From assembly GCA_963704905.1 (NCBI GenBank), contig CAVPHZ010000001.1, forward strand, positions 515,438-579,437: a stretch of DNA of 64,000 nt, written 5' to 3'. Below the pieces are notes generated by a model. That model searched no databases. It was given only the letters and a program-made list of their open reading frames with translations, and was not told the DNA's origin. Below, one piece after another: positions 1 through 9,760 of this stretch. The stretch's first letter is position 1; the number at the start of each line of letters is the position of its first letter. Origin of the DNA: Candidatus Chisholmbacteria bacterium. Its GTDB lineage: Bacteria > Patescibacteriota > Microgenomatia > UBA1400 > Chisholmbacteraceae. The translations under genes and the position numbers were made by a program.

Positions 1-1139
1 CAGGCATGGAGTGGTTAGGAATTCTTATCTATGAAGACCCGATACGAGTGGGTGTGGCGACGGCATTAGAGGAGGCAAAAAAAGCTGGTATTTCAGTAAA
101 AGTTATCACCGGAGACTATCGTGCTACTGCTGAAGGTGTGTTAGAACAACTCGGAATACTTACTCAGAAAATGAAACTTTCATCTCATCAACCTCTTGTA
201 ATGGATGGTTCAGAGCTTGATCAGCTGAGCATTGATGAGCTTCGAAGCCGCGTCACAGACACCGTACTCTTTGTTCGCACTGATCCGACTCAGAAGCTAA
301 AGATTGTTGAAGCACTACAAGCAAATGGTGAGGTTGTTGCGATGACGGGGGATGGAGTGAATGATGCACCGTCTCTAAAACGAGCTGATATTGGGATTGT
401 TGTCTCAAGCTCTTCAGATGTCGCTAAGGAGACTGCAGATATGGTTCTTTTGGATAATAACTTTGCAACTATTATCTCGGCGGTAGAGGAAGGACGGGGG
501 ATCTATGAGAATCTACGAAAAGTAATTTTGTATTTGCTTTCAGATGCGTTTGCAGAGGTTGTTCTAGTGATGAGCTCACTTTTGTTTAGGCTTCCTCTTC
601 CTGTAACGGCGGCTCAGATACTTTGGATTAACCTTGTTGATGATGGCCTTCCAAACCTGGCGCTTACCGTTGATCCGAAAGAGGCTGATTTGCTCAAGCG
701 GACTCCCAGAAAGCTAGACGAGCCACTTCTTGATAAAGAAATAAAAGTTCTAATGGTACTTATCTCGACATCGGCTGCCTTCGTAGTGTTAATTGTGTTT
801 GCTGTTTATTTTCAACTGAGTAGCATCGACCATGCACGGACAATGGCTTTTACCGGATTAGCAGTTAGTACGCTGATATATGTCTTTTCCACTCGAAGTT
901 TGCGGAACCCAGTCTGGAAAGAGGGATTCTTTGTAAACAAATGGCTGGTTGTTGCAGTGCTTGGTGGTTTTGGTTTACAACTTTCAGCTATCTATATACC
1001 TTTCTTGCAAGAATTCCTTGAGACAGTGCCCCTATCATTGGTAGATTGGATCGTCATATTTGGATCTGCGCTGGTAGTAGTAGCAGTTGTGGAGATTACA
1101 AAGTTCTTGTTCATAAAAAGTAAGCTATTGAACCACTAA
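1..1139 (+). CDS. P-type cation-transporting ATPase, C-terminal portion (5' end lies outside window)
   Basis: The reading frame is open to the window edge. It carries the P-type ATPase hinge motif MTGDGVNDAPSLKRADIGI, followed by several hydrophobic TM segments. Confidence 0.85.
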   Translation, partial: GMEWLGILIYEDPIRVGVATALEEAKKAGISVKVITGDYRATAEGVLEQLGILTQKMKLSSHQPLVMDGSELDQLSIDELRSRVTDTVLFVRTDPTQKLKIVEALQANGEVVAMTGDGVNDAPSLKRADIGIVVSSSSDVAKETADMVLLDNNFATIISAVEEGRGIYENLRKVILYLLSDAFAEVVLVMSSLLFRLPLPVTAAQILWINLVDDGLPNLALTVDPKEADLLKRTPRKLDEPLLDKEIKVLMVLISTSAAFVVLIVFAVYFQLSSIDHARTMAFTGLAVSTLIYVFSTRSLRNPVWKEGFFVNKWLVVAVLGGFGLQLSAIYIPFLQEFLETVPLSLVDWIVIFGSALVVVAVVEITKFLFIKSKLLNH

Positions 1140-1228
1140 TCTGAAAGGGTAAATTTTCTGAATAGGTAATCAGAACTTGGCAACTGACCCTTCATTTATT
1201 AACGTGTTTTAATACATAATGGACTGAT

Positions 1229-2254
1229 ATGCTTGCAGGATACCTTGCACTATTAATTATTTTTGGATACTTGCTTATTCAAGCAACCTCTCACCTTGTC
1301 GACGAACTGCGAGAGATTGCTCAAATTACACAAATCGGTAAATTTGGTTTGACAGCGTTTTTACTGGCATTTGCGACAAGCCTACCCGAGCTAGTAGTAG
1401 GAATTGCTTCTGCAATCGAAGGTCGACCAGTGCTGTCGTTGGGAAATGTTTTAGGAAGCAATATCGCTGATATTTCGTTTGTTATGGGTGGTGTGGCTAT
1501 TGTTGGTGGTTCAATTCGTGTTTTGGGTGAATTTTTAACACGAGATTTATTTTCCACTTTTCTTGCAGGTTCGCTTCCGTTGCTTCTCTTGATTGATGGA
1601 GAACTATCAAGAATCGATGCTCTCGTACTCCTATCTGTATATGTTTGGTTCACATACACGGTTCTGGGGAAAAAGACAGAAGAGATTGTAGAATATCAAG
1701 AATCTGAAATTCCATTTATGCATCGAGTGTTTTTACGCCTACGACATACCAAGGTGCGTCGTCATTATGCAGTGTTGTTTTTCTGGGTCTTGGTGCTTCT
1801 GGTTTCTGCTGACATGTTGGTGCGAGTATCAACCGCAATTGCAGGAGGACTTGGAATTCCGGTTATTCTGATTGGCATGTTTTTTATTGCACTGGGCACA
1901 AGTCTACCTGAGTTTGCGTTCGAACTACGTGCATTGCGGAGTAATGAAACGGCGATGATTTTTGGCGATCTTTTGGGAAGTGTCGTAGCGAATTCTACGC
2001 TGGTGCTCGGTATCACATCGTTAATCCGGCCGATTGTTCTGGATGGGGGGTTCGCACCATATTTATTAGCCACGGTTGCATTTGTCGTCTTATTTGGCTT
2101 GTTTTGGATCTTTACGAGTACGAAGCGCACACTTGAGCGGTGGGAGGGAATTCTTCTTCTGCTTGTTTATATTGGTTTTATCTACTTGGAATTTTCCCGG
2201 CTGGGCGGATTTGATCCTGAACGGCTCATACACTCTTTCTTTTCAGGAAAATAA
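1229..2254 (+). CDS. Ca2+/cation antiporter (CaCA / Na+-Ca2+ exchanger family)
   Basis: It has two alpha-repeat signatures, 'ATSLPELVVGIASA' and 'GTSLPEFAFEL', plus 'GNVLGSNIADI'. The protein is polytopic. Confidence 0.8.
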   Translation: MLAGYLALLIIFGYLLIQATSHLVDELREIAQITQIGKFGLTAFLLAFATSLPELVVGIASAIEGRPVLSLGNVLGSNIADISFVMGGVAIVGGSIRVLGEFLTRDLFSTFLAGSLPLLLLIDGELSRIDALVLLSVYVWFTYTVLGKKTEEIVEYQESEIPFMHRVFLRLRHTKVRRHYAVLFFWVLVLLVSADMLVRVSTAIAGGLGIPVILIGMFFIALGTSLPEFAFELRALRSNETAMIFGDLLGSVVANSTLVLGITSLIRPIVLDGGFAPYLLATVAFVVLFGLFWIFTSTKRTLERWEGILLLLVYIGFIYLEFSRLGGFDPERLIHSFFSGK

Positions 2255-2269
2255 GGAATAAAGTTTCTG

Positions 2270-3157
2270 TCAGCCGAAATTTTTGTCTTCTTCTTTTCTG
2301 AAGAATTTAGCCAATATTCCAGATTTTGGTTTAATTTTTTCAACAGCTGAGCTGTTGTAGATCCAGTTTACAATTTTCCTTATTCGAGATGTTGATTGTT
2401 TATCCAAGAAATCGAAATAAGTTCCACCCTCCATCGGGTATAAATAGGATGCCTGTTCAATAGGAAGTTGGATTTTTCTGAGCCTTGCTAGTTCGATTAC
2501 CGCTAGGTTTCTGGCTGTTTTCAATGTTCCTTGTTTGCGAAGCCTTCTTAGAGAGTAGGTGTATCTCGGATCTTTCGAGACGATGAATTTCATCTTTTTT
2601 CGTACGGCTCTTCTTACTAGATCGCTCCCTTCACCCCAACCCAATGATTCGTCAAACCCTTTTAATTTCAAGAAAGAACTTTTTTTCGTGCATACACATG
2701 CCTCCAGCATGTATGGGTTATTCGTCTTTTTTTGAACTTCGTGGAATACGTTAGCAAGGGTTGCAAATGCTTGATCTTTTTTGTCTTTGGTATCGGCTTT
2801 GATCCAGGTTATAAGAATGTCTGGATCATATGCATCTACCCGATACTTTATTCCTTGAAAGTAATGTGAGGGAATTCTATTGTCAGCATCTGAGAAGATA
2901 ATCCAGTTGGTTGTTGCATGTTTTGCTCCAATATTTCGTTGATAGCCGACGTGTCTTTTTTTGCTGGTGATGATCTCAAATCCGAGGAATTTATGTTTAA
3001 ATTTTGTGGCATTTTCAACGGTTTTATCCTCAGAATGCCCATCAACGATGATTACTGAAAATGATGTGAATGTTTGTTTTGCGAGATCTTCTAATAATGT
3101 TGTAAGCGTTTTTTCTTCATTGAGCGTTGGAATGATGACGGTAAAAAATGGAGTCAT
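2270..3157 (-). CDS. family 2 glycosyltransferase
   Basis: The N-terminus 'FFTVIIPTLNEEKTL' and the 'IIVDGHSEDKT' and 'SDAD' motifs are typical of the GT-A/GT2 fold. Confidence 0.75.
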   Translation of the reverse strand: MTPFFTVIIPTLNEEKTLTTLLEDLAKQTFTSFSVIIVDGHSEDKTVENATKFKHKFLGFEIITSKKRHVGYQRNIGAKHATTNWIIFSDADNRIPSHYFQGIKYRVDAYDPDILITWIKADTKDKKDQAFATLANVFHEVQKKTNNPYMLEACVCTKKSSFLKLKGFDESLGWGEGSDLVRRAVRKKMKFIVSKDPRYTYSLRRLRKQGTLKTARNLAVIELARLRKIQLPIEQASYLYPMEGGTYFDFLDKQSTSRIRKIVNWIYNSSAVEKIKPKSGILAKFFRKEEDKNFG

Positions 3158-3163
3158 ACTTAT

Positions 3164-4261
3164 TTATATATATCTATTGTACAGTTGAATATATTTTTTT
3201 GCTGTGTGGTTGATTGAGAATTGCTGCGCGTTTTTTAGGGCTGATTTTGAGAGTGACTTGAATGTCGTTGTATGTGCATATGTCTTCATAATTTGGCTGG
3301 CTGCACTTCTCATATTTCTGGACACGAAGAGCGAATTTGAAGAGTTAAGGAAATCGAGTACCCCTTTTTTTAGAATGATGGTTGGTAGACCACAGGCTTG
3401 GGCTTCAAGATACGTCAATGGCATAACTTCTGAGGTGGAGAGACTGATAAAAAAGTGATGCTTGCTGATTAATTTGGGGAGTTTATTTCGATCGATATTT
3501 CCAGTTACGTTTATGTTTTTTTCTAAGCCATTCTGAGCGATGGATTTTTTAAGCGTCTTTGCCAATGTTCCTGTTCCAGTTATTGTGAGTCTTACATTTG
3601 GCAATACTTTTTTAATGTTTACTATTAATTTAACCAGCTGAAGCGGATTTTTTTCAGGCTCGAGTCTGCCAACGAATATCAGACTTAACTGTTTATATTT
3701 AATTTTGCTGGGTTGAAAATCCAATACATTGATACCGTTTGGAATGATCGCTGTATTTAGTACTCCAATTTCGTTGAGTTTTGCTTCAACTTCTCTGGTT
3801 GGGCAAATCACTTTTGAACATTTTTTGGCCAGTCTCCTCACTCTACTTTTGATATATTTTTTTATAGTTCTGCTGGCAATTGGTATGTAATAGTCGGTGT
3901 AATTGTCATAATTCGTGTGGTGAGTAAAGAATAGAGGGGAGTTGAATTTTTTTGCCAACGTTTCAGATAGTTTTCCTACTATGAATGGGTGATGTGTGTG
4001 GATTATCTCTGGGTTGAAGTCAACGATTTTTTTCATTGATACTAGAGGAACGCCAACCGGGTAGTTGCTGGGAATAAATGGATTAGGAATTGATGGGAAG
4101 TTGATCACGTTCTCACTCATTTTTTTCGCTCTATGATTTTTTGGGGCAAGAATTCTTGTTGAGTGACCGAGTGCTTGCAGTTGATGACTGAGGAGCTGTG
4201 TTTGAATAGCGACCCCATTTGTGCTGGGAGGATAGGTTGCAGTGAGGAGGAGAATTCTCAT
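3164..4261 (-). CDS. family 4 (GT-B) glycosyltransferase
   Basis: The start 'MRILLLTATYPPSTNGVA' and the C-terminal 'EAQACGLPTI' E-x7-E-type region are typical of GT4/RfaB-like enzymes. Confidence 0.75.
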   Translation of the reverse strand: MRILLLTATYPPSTNGVAIQTQLLSHQLQALGHSTRILAPKNHRAKKMSENVINFPSIPNPFIPSNYPVGVPLVSMKKIVDFNPEIIHTHHPFIVGKLSETLAKKFNSPLFFTHHTNYDNYTDYYIPIASRTIKKYIKSRVRRLAKKCSKVICPTREVEAKLNEIGVLNTAIIPNGINVLDFQPSKIKYKQLSLIFVGRLEPEKNPLQLVKLIVNIKKVLPNVRLTITGTGTLAKTLKKSIAQNGLEKNINVTGNIDRNKLPKLISKHHFFISLSTSEVMPLTYLEAQACGLPTIILKKGVLDFLNSSNSLFVSRNMRSAASQIMKTYAHTTTFKSLSKSALKNAQQFSINHTAKKYIQLYNRYI

Positions 4262-4297
4262 TATTACTGTTATGATACTATAACCTCGATTTTAGTC

Positions 4298-5671
4298 ATG
4301 GCTATGAATATCATTGCTGATCTTCAACTCCACTCAAAATACTCGCGTGCGGTTTCGAAACATATGGATGTTTCTGAAATTATGATGTGGGCGAAAAAGA
4401 AAGGTATTGACTTGGTTGCAACTGGGGATTGGATGCATCCTATTTGGTTTCGTGAACTTCAGAATGATTTGGAAGAGTTGGACGAAGGTATTTTTGGCTA
4501 TAAAGGGGATAAGGACTCTGGTAGGAAGCGGGTAAAGTTTTTACTTTCAGCGGAAATCTCGAGTATTTATACGCAAGGTGGAAAAGGTCGTCGGGTGCAT
4601 ACATTGGTATTTTCTCCCAGTTTTTCAGTAGCGGAGAACATTAATACGGAGCTTGTAAAGCGGGGCTGTAATCTATCTTCTGATGGGCGGCCGATCGTTG
4701 GCTTGTCTGCGCAAGCAATCGCAGAGATCGCGCTCTCAATGAGTGATAGGTGTTTGGTTATTCCAGCACATGCATGGACTCCTTGGTTTAGTTTGTACGG
4801 ATCAAAGAGTGGTTTTGATTCTGTTGAAGAGTGTTTTGGGGAATATGCGAAGTACGTTTATGCGGTCGAGACGGGATTGTCCTCTGATCCTGCCATGAAT
4901 TGGAGGATTGATGATCTTTCGAGTCGAGCCATTGTTTCGTTTTCCGATGCACATTCGGGAGCAAAGTTGGGCAGAGAAGCAACCGTTTTTCAGGTGAAAA
5001 ACGAACCGACCAATGATCAATTATCAATGATCAATTTCTCATATAATGACATTTATTGGGCAATTGCTGAACGGTTTTTAGGAAAGAATGAAGGATCGCT
5101 CAAGATTTCGCACACAATTGAATTCCACCCAGAAGAAGGGAAGTATCATTACACAGGACATCGAAAGTGTCAGGTGATTCAGTCTCCTGAAGAAACTCGG
5201 AGAAAAGGAACTACCTGTCATGTTTGCGGACGTTCGCTTACCGTTGGTGTTATGAGTAGGGTTGAGGAGCTGGCTCGGAGTACTGTCGAACCACTGAAGA
5301 AAGTTGGCAAACATGGAGTAGTTAGTTATATTCACCCAAATGACAAAACCCGGCCAGGTTATGTGATGTTGGTGCCTCTTCTTGAGATCCTGTCTGAAGT
5401 TTATCAAGTAGGTGTGGGGAGCAAGAAAGTCAAAGGGGCATATGATCATCTTATCGCTCAACTGAGTAGTGAATTTCATGTCTTATTGCAGGCAGATCTC
5501 GGTGATATTTCTCGAGTTGGAGGAGAACGATTGGCTGAGGCGATTGAGAAAAACCGGACTGATACGATATCAATTCAACCAGGTTATGACGGAGTATTTG
5601 GAACGGTGAAGATGTGGCCTTCTTTAGCTCAAGCTACGGAGGCTAGAGATGAGCAGATTAGTTTGTTTTAA
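4298..5671 (+). CDS. endonuclease Q-like PHP-domain nuclease with C-terminal zinc ribbon
   Basis: The motifs 'DLQLHSKYSRAVSK', 'HAWTPWFSLYG', 'SDAHS' and 'CHVCGRSLTVG' match the EndoQ/TIGR00375 family as remembered from Pyrococcus EndoQ. The start was moved to the in-frame ATG at 4298. The upstream part of ORF 4163 overlaps the end of the GT4 gene. Confidence 0.6.
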   Translation: MAMNIIADLQLHSKYSRAVSKHMDVSEIMMWAKKKGIDLVATGDWMHPIWFRELQNDLEELDEGIFGYKGDKDSGRKRVKFLLSAEISSIYTQGGKGRRVHTLVFSPSFSVAENINTELVKRGCNLSSDGRPIVGLSAQAIAEIALSMSDRCLVIPAHAWTPWFSLYGSKSGFDSVEECFGEYAKYVYAVETGLSSDPAMNWRIDDLSSRAIVSFSDAHSGAKLGREATVFQVKNEPTNDQLSMINFSYNDIYWAIAERFLGKNEGSLKISHTIEFHPEEGKYHYTGHRKCQVIQSPEETRRKGTTCHVCGRSLTVGVMSRVEELARSTVEPLKKVGKHGVVSYIHPNDKTRPGYVMLVPLLEILSEVYQVGVGSKKVKGAYDHLIAQLSSEFHVLLQADLGDISRVGGERLAEAIEKNRTDTISIQPGYDGVFGTVKMWPSLAQATEARDEQISLF

Positions 5672-5710
5672 GTTCATTGACACTCAAGAGGACCTGATGG
5701 TAGAGTGTGA

Positions 5711-6112
5711 TTGTCATTGTTTGTCAATTCTTCAAATCTGAAAGGTGGTGAGTTCATTTTGGCTGAAAAAGAAACTTCAACATCAGGCGCTGACATGCCT
5801 TCAAACACAGCAGGTGCGTTAGCATATGTGCTCGGTTTGATTACTGGAGTTGTTATGCTTGCAATACGTCGAAATGATGAGTTTGTTCATTTCCATGCGG
5901 TCCAATCGGTCGGGCTTTCTGTTGTGTGGGTGGCTGGTTGGCTCTTGTTGACGGTTATCCCAGTTATTGGATGGATCCTTCTTCCTTTTTGGGGTCTACT
6001 TATGTTTGTCTTTTGGCTTGTATCAATTGTTAAAGCATTTCAGGGAGAGAAGTTCGAGCTACCAGTTATTGGAGCAACGATCCAACGAGTTGGGAAGCAG
6101 GTAGGTCTCTAG
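5711..6112 (+). CDS. small membrane protein (DUF4870-like)
   Basis: It has 'FVHFHAVQSVGL' followed by TM helices. The true start may be the internal Met near 5795. Confidence 0.5.
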   Translation: MSLFVNSSNLKGGEFILAEKETSTSGADMPSNTAGALAYVLGLITGVVMLAIRRNDEFVHFHAVQSVGLSVVWVAGWLLLTVIPVIGWILLPFWGLLMFVFWLVSIVKAFQGEKFELPVIGATIQRVGKQVGL

Positions 6113-6123
6113 AGAAGGCTACA

Positions 6124-6753
6124 ATGGTTTTTGCAGATCGAAGGCAAGCAGGGGAACTTCTAGCGGAGCATCTTTGGGAATATTCAAGTCGTGATGATGT
6201 TTTAGTGTTAGCCATTCCAAGAGGCGGTGTCTTAGTTGGTGCTGAGATTGCAAAGAAACTTAAGGTTGCTTTGGATGTGATTGTAACGAAGAAAATTGGT
6301 GCTCCCGATAATTCGGAACTGGCAATTGGAGCAGTTGCTGAAGACGGAGAACCAATATTTGCTCAGGATTTACTTCAGCGACTTCGAATAGAAACTACTT
6401 ATCTCAATACAGCCACTGCTGAAGTACATGAAAAGATACGCGAGCAGATACAGACGTTTCGGCATGGTCGTGAACTGAAGGTCGCTGATATGGTTGTGAT
6501 TGTTACTGACGATGGTGTTGCAACGGGTTCAACGGTTGAGGCAGCCTTACATTGGTTGCGGAGCAAGAACTCTCGAGAAATTATTTTAGCTATACCAACT
6601 GGTGCGCGAGATTCGATGGTTGAACTGGAGAAACTTTCCGATAAGACAATATGTTTAGATCAACCACGATGGTTTGCTGCAGTTGGGCAATTTTACCGAG
6701 AATTTTCTCAAGTCAGTAACAAAGAAGTCCAGCAACTCCTTCGAGACAGATAA
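6124..6753 (+). CDS. putative phosphoribosyltransferase
   Basis: It carries a PRPP-binding motif 'VVIVTDDGVATGSTV'. Confidence 0.6.
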   Translation: MVFADRRQAGELLAEHLWEYSSRDDVLVLAIPRGGVLVGAEIAKKLKVALDVIVTKKIGAPDNSELAIGAVAEDGEPIFAQDLLQRLRIETTYLNTATAEVHEKIREQIQTFRHGRELKVADMVVIVTDDGVATGSTVEAALHWLRSKNSREIILAIPTGARDSMVELEKLSDKTICLDQPRWFAAVGQFYREFSQVSNKEVQQLLRDR

Positions 6754-6803
6754 TCAATTGACTGGTGATTATTTCTCACCCTTTGTTTGTTACAATTTGT
6801 TGA

Positions 6804-7586
6804 ATGGAAATACACCCTATTCGGACACGAGTTGTTCATCCTCCAAAAGATAATATTTTCGAAGTTATTGCTGAAAGTATTAGCACTATTGTTGAGCGAT
6901 CTATATTGGTTATTACAAGTAAAGTGATTTCAATACACCAAGGTAGGTGTGTTCCAGCGTCAAATATTGATCGAGACGATCTTGCTATCAGAGAAGCTGA
7001 TTGGTTTCTGCCAAGGAAATATGTTCCTGGTAGGCATATCCTGCTTACGCTTAAGTATCATAGTTGGGTTGCGTCGTCGGGTATTGATGCCTCAAACGGA
7101 AATGGTTATTGGATTCTTTGGCCCAAGGATCCAATGAAACTCGCTCGGGAGTTGTACGACTTTGTTCAAAAGCACTTTCATGTAAAAGAATTTGGTGTTC
7201 TTATTTGTGATAGTCACTCGATACCATTTCGTCGAGGGACAGTGGGTTTTAGTCTGGCACACTGTGGTTTTAGTCCAGTTCGAGATTATCGAGGGAGTTT
7301 GGACATTTTTTCTGAACCTCTGAAGGTCACGATTTCTAATTATGTCGACGGGTTGGCTGCAGCAGCGGTTGTTGTTATGGGTGAGTCAGGAGAGCAGACT
7401 CCTCTTGCCCTCATCTCTGAACATACGCACATTCAATTTTCTGAAGACCCTCAAGAAATATCTGGCAATCCTCTCTTTCATGTTCCTTTGGAAGATGATT
7501 TGTACGCAGAACTTTTTACTGGAAAGGCATGGAAAAAGGGAAGTGGGGGTATTTCAGAGAAGGAGATTAGAGAATTGAAAGAATAG
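6804..7586 (+). CDS. CofE-like F420-0:gamma-glutamyl ligase family protein
   Basis: The segment 'ILVITSKVISIHQGR' resembles the CofE 'VVISSKVVSKAEGR' region, and the length of about 260 aa fits. Confidence 0.45.
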   Translation: MEIHPIRTRVVHPPKDNIFEVIAESISTIVERSILVITSKVISIHQGRCVPASNIDRDDLAIREADWFLPRKYVPGRHILLTLKYHSWVASSGIDASNGNGYWILWPKDPMKLARELYDFVQKHFHVKEFGVLICDSHSIPFRRGTVGFSLAHCGFSPVRDYRGSLDIFSEPLKVTISNYVDGLAAAAVVVMGESGEQTPLALISEHTHIQFSEDPQEISGNPLFHVPLEDDLYAELFTGKAWKKGSGGISEKEIRELKE

Positions 7587-7602
7587 TAGAATATTTAACA
7601 CA

Positions 7603-8133
7603 ATGATGAAACTCGTCGTAGGGCTTGGAAATCCAGGAGCAGAGTTTAAAGAAGCTCGACACAATGTTGGGTTTATGGTTTTGGCCCGGCTAAATACAAA
7701 GAGGTGGGCGAAGAGCAAAAGCGGATTGCTTCAATATGCACATCAGACTATTGGTAATAAAAAGATTGAGTTTATTAGACCTTTAACGTTTATGAATCGA
7801 TCTGGAGAAGCGGTATCGTATGTCGTAAAAAAGCATGACATTGCACTTGATGATGTTTGGGTCGTTCATGATGATTTGGATATTGCTCTGGGAAGCTACA
7901 AGGTCCAATTTGGAAAGGGGCCGAGAGTACATCATGGCCTGCAGTCAATCTATGATCAATTAGGGTCGAAAGAATTTTGGCATGTTCGGGTTGGTATTGA
8001 GAATCGTGATACTATTAAACTCATATCTGGAAAAACGTATGTACTGCAACGCTTTTCTCGGGAAGAAAAAGTAGTCATTGCGAAAGTGATTTTTGAAGTT
8101 GCATCTACCCTTCTTGAACGAGTAGTTGACTGA
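7603..8133 (+). CDS. pth: peptidyl-tRNA hydrolase
   Basis: It has the classic Pth N-terminus 'KLVVGLGNPGAEFKEARHNVGF'. Confidence 0.9.
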   Translation: MMKLVVGLGNPGAEFKEARHNVGFMVLARLNTKRWAKSKSGLLQYAHQTIGNKKIEFIRPLTFMNRSGEAVSYVVKKHDIALDDVWVVHDDLDIALGSYKVQFGKGPRVHHGLQSIYDQLGSKEFWHVRVGIENRDTIKLISGKTYVLQRFSREEKVVIAKVIFEVASTLLERVVD

Positions 8134-8189
8134 TGCCATTAATTATTACATGTTTACTTCACCTGTAGTCTTTCTTGTATTATTGATCT

Positions 8190-9404
8190 ATGCGTAGATA
8201 CGGAATCCATGATCTAGTCCATAGCTACTTTCACACCGGAATGCATCGCGATGGGATCCGGGCGATGTTTTGGGGGGTAGCATTACGGACATTTGCAGCT
8301 ACTTCAGTCGGTTTGTTTGTACCTATTTATGTTTATACTATTGGGATTGATCAGTTTGGCGGAACAGTTGTTTCTGGTTTGCGGATACTGATTCTGTTTC
8401 TTCTCATAGCACGGTTAAGTATTGTTGCACATAGTTTTGTTGTTGAACATATTATCGATAGAATTGGTTTTCGATGGACCTTACTTTTATCATCCATCGC
8501 TCTGCTTGTTAAATACCTCTTGCTTACATTTGCTGACTCGTCAATTGTTTTTTTATGGATAGCCGCAGTCGTTTCTGGCACTGTCACAACAACCTACTGG
8601 ATTTCAAGACACGCTTTGTTTGGGGAAGATCAAGATGTTACGCACGTTGGCTCTTCGTTGGGTTTATTAGTTGTGCTTTCGAGATTGGCGACCATTATTG
8701 GCCCAATTGTTGGGGGACTCATTGCGTCTTTTTTTGGATTTCACTGGTTATTTGCTCTCGGATTAGTGTTGGCAATTCTTTCTGCAATTCCGTATTTTTT
8801 CATGCATCATCATCATCGCCATCATCCGGATGGAGTAGCTGGTTTATTAGATAAAATTCTCGATCCAAAGAATTTTCCTCTCATAATCGGTTGGCTAGGG
8901 AGAAGTTGGGATGATACCTTGAATGTGGATTTCTTGCCGCTTTACATTTTCATCGTTCTTGGGGGAGTTGGGCAACTTGGAGCAATGTGGTCCTTGGTTG
9001 CTGTTGTCGCGATGATTGTGGGTTATATTTCTGGGCGAATGTTTGATAAAACAGAGCACAGAAAGCGGATATTTGTTATTGGATCTGGTTTAACAGCCCT
9101 TACATGGCCAATGATGGCATTGGCAAGAGGGTTTGGTAGTCTATTTTTTCTCAATAGCGCTCACACACTAGTGGGTTCTTTTTACTCAATTCCATTTTTG
9201 TCACAAGTTTACCGGTTTTCATTTAGACGTGATACGGTTGCATTTTTTGTTTTTCGTGAGATCATTTGGAGTGTTGGTGTACTTGTTCTGCTCCTTTTTG
9301 TGTTTTTAATGACATTTTCTTGGTCATGGACATTACTCTTTATTCTTGGCGGATTGGGTGTTTTCATTTCTATAAATTTGATTTCCTATCAAGGGTTCCA
9401 ATGA
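8190..9404 (+). CDS. MFS-type transporter / polytopic membrane protein
   Basis: The protein has about 12 predicted TM helices in a pattern typical of the major facilitator superfamily. It also has a His-rich loop, HHHHRHHP. Confidence 0.5.
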   Translation: MRRYGIHDLVHSYFHTGMHRDGIRAMFWGVALRTFAATSVGLFVPIYVYTIGIDQFGGTVVSGLRILILFLLIARLSIVAHSFVVEHIIDRIGFRWTLLLSSIALLVKYLLLTFADSSIVFLWIAAVVSGTVTTTYWISRHALFGEDQDVTHVGSSLGLLVVLSRLATIIGPIVGGLIASFFGFHWLFALGLVLAILSAIPYFFMHHHHRHHPDGVAGLLDKILDPKNFPLIIGWLGRSWDDTLNVDFLPLYIFIVLGGVGQLGAMWSLVAVVAMIVGYISGRMFDKTEHRKRIFVIGSGLTALTWPMMALARGFGSLFFLNSAHTLVGSFYSIPFLSQVYRFSFRRDTVAFFVFREIIWSVGVLVLLLFVFLMTFSWSWTLLFILGGLGVFISINLISYQGFQ

Positions 9405-9754
9405 GCAAGATAAAAAAACCACTTCAGAGAGACAAGAAATTGAAACAACCGTTTCAATCAATGAGTGATTTGCTTCTGAATTTTGACTTTGACAAGAAAA
9501 AGTACATTTCACAAGAGTTTCAGGATTATGGCTATCGATTGGCGATAGAACTTGGGGATGAGAAGAGTAAAAGTTTGTATATTAAACTTGCGAAAGAAAC
9601 TGATCGAAAGCTTCTTGAACTGGCACGAACCTTTGTAAAAGATGCGAGGAATGTGCGAAATAAAGGAAAGCTATTTATGTGGGCGCTGGCGAAGATTAAA
9701 CGCGGAGAACCTCTTTATGATGAGTCAGTTTTTGAGCAAGAAAAGAAGGAGTAA
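9401..9754 (+). CDS. hypothetical protein
   Basis: It is an ORF with a Lys-rich product. The start was chosen at the ATG immediately after the MFS stop. The longer ORF 9266 overlaps the MFS gene. Confidence 0.4.
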   Translation: MSKIKKPLQRDKKLKQPFQSMSDLLLNFDFDKKKYISQEFQDYGYRLAIELGDEKSKSLYIKLAKETDRKLLELARTFVKDARNVRNKGKLFMWALAKIKRGEPLYDESVFEQEKKE

Positions 9755-9760
9755 CCCTCG

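Noticed and set aside
4163-4297. Upstream extension of the EndoQ-like ORF
   Set aside because: It overlaps the 3' end of the minus-strand GT4 gene. The conserved PHP motif starts right after the Met at 4298.
9266-9400. Upstream part of ORF 9266..9754
   Set aside because: It overlaps the MFS transporter gene in another frame. An ATG at 9401 directly follows the MFS stop.
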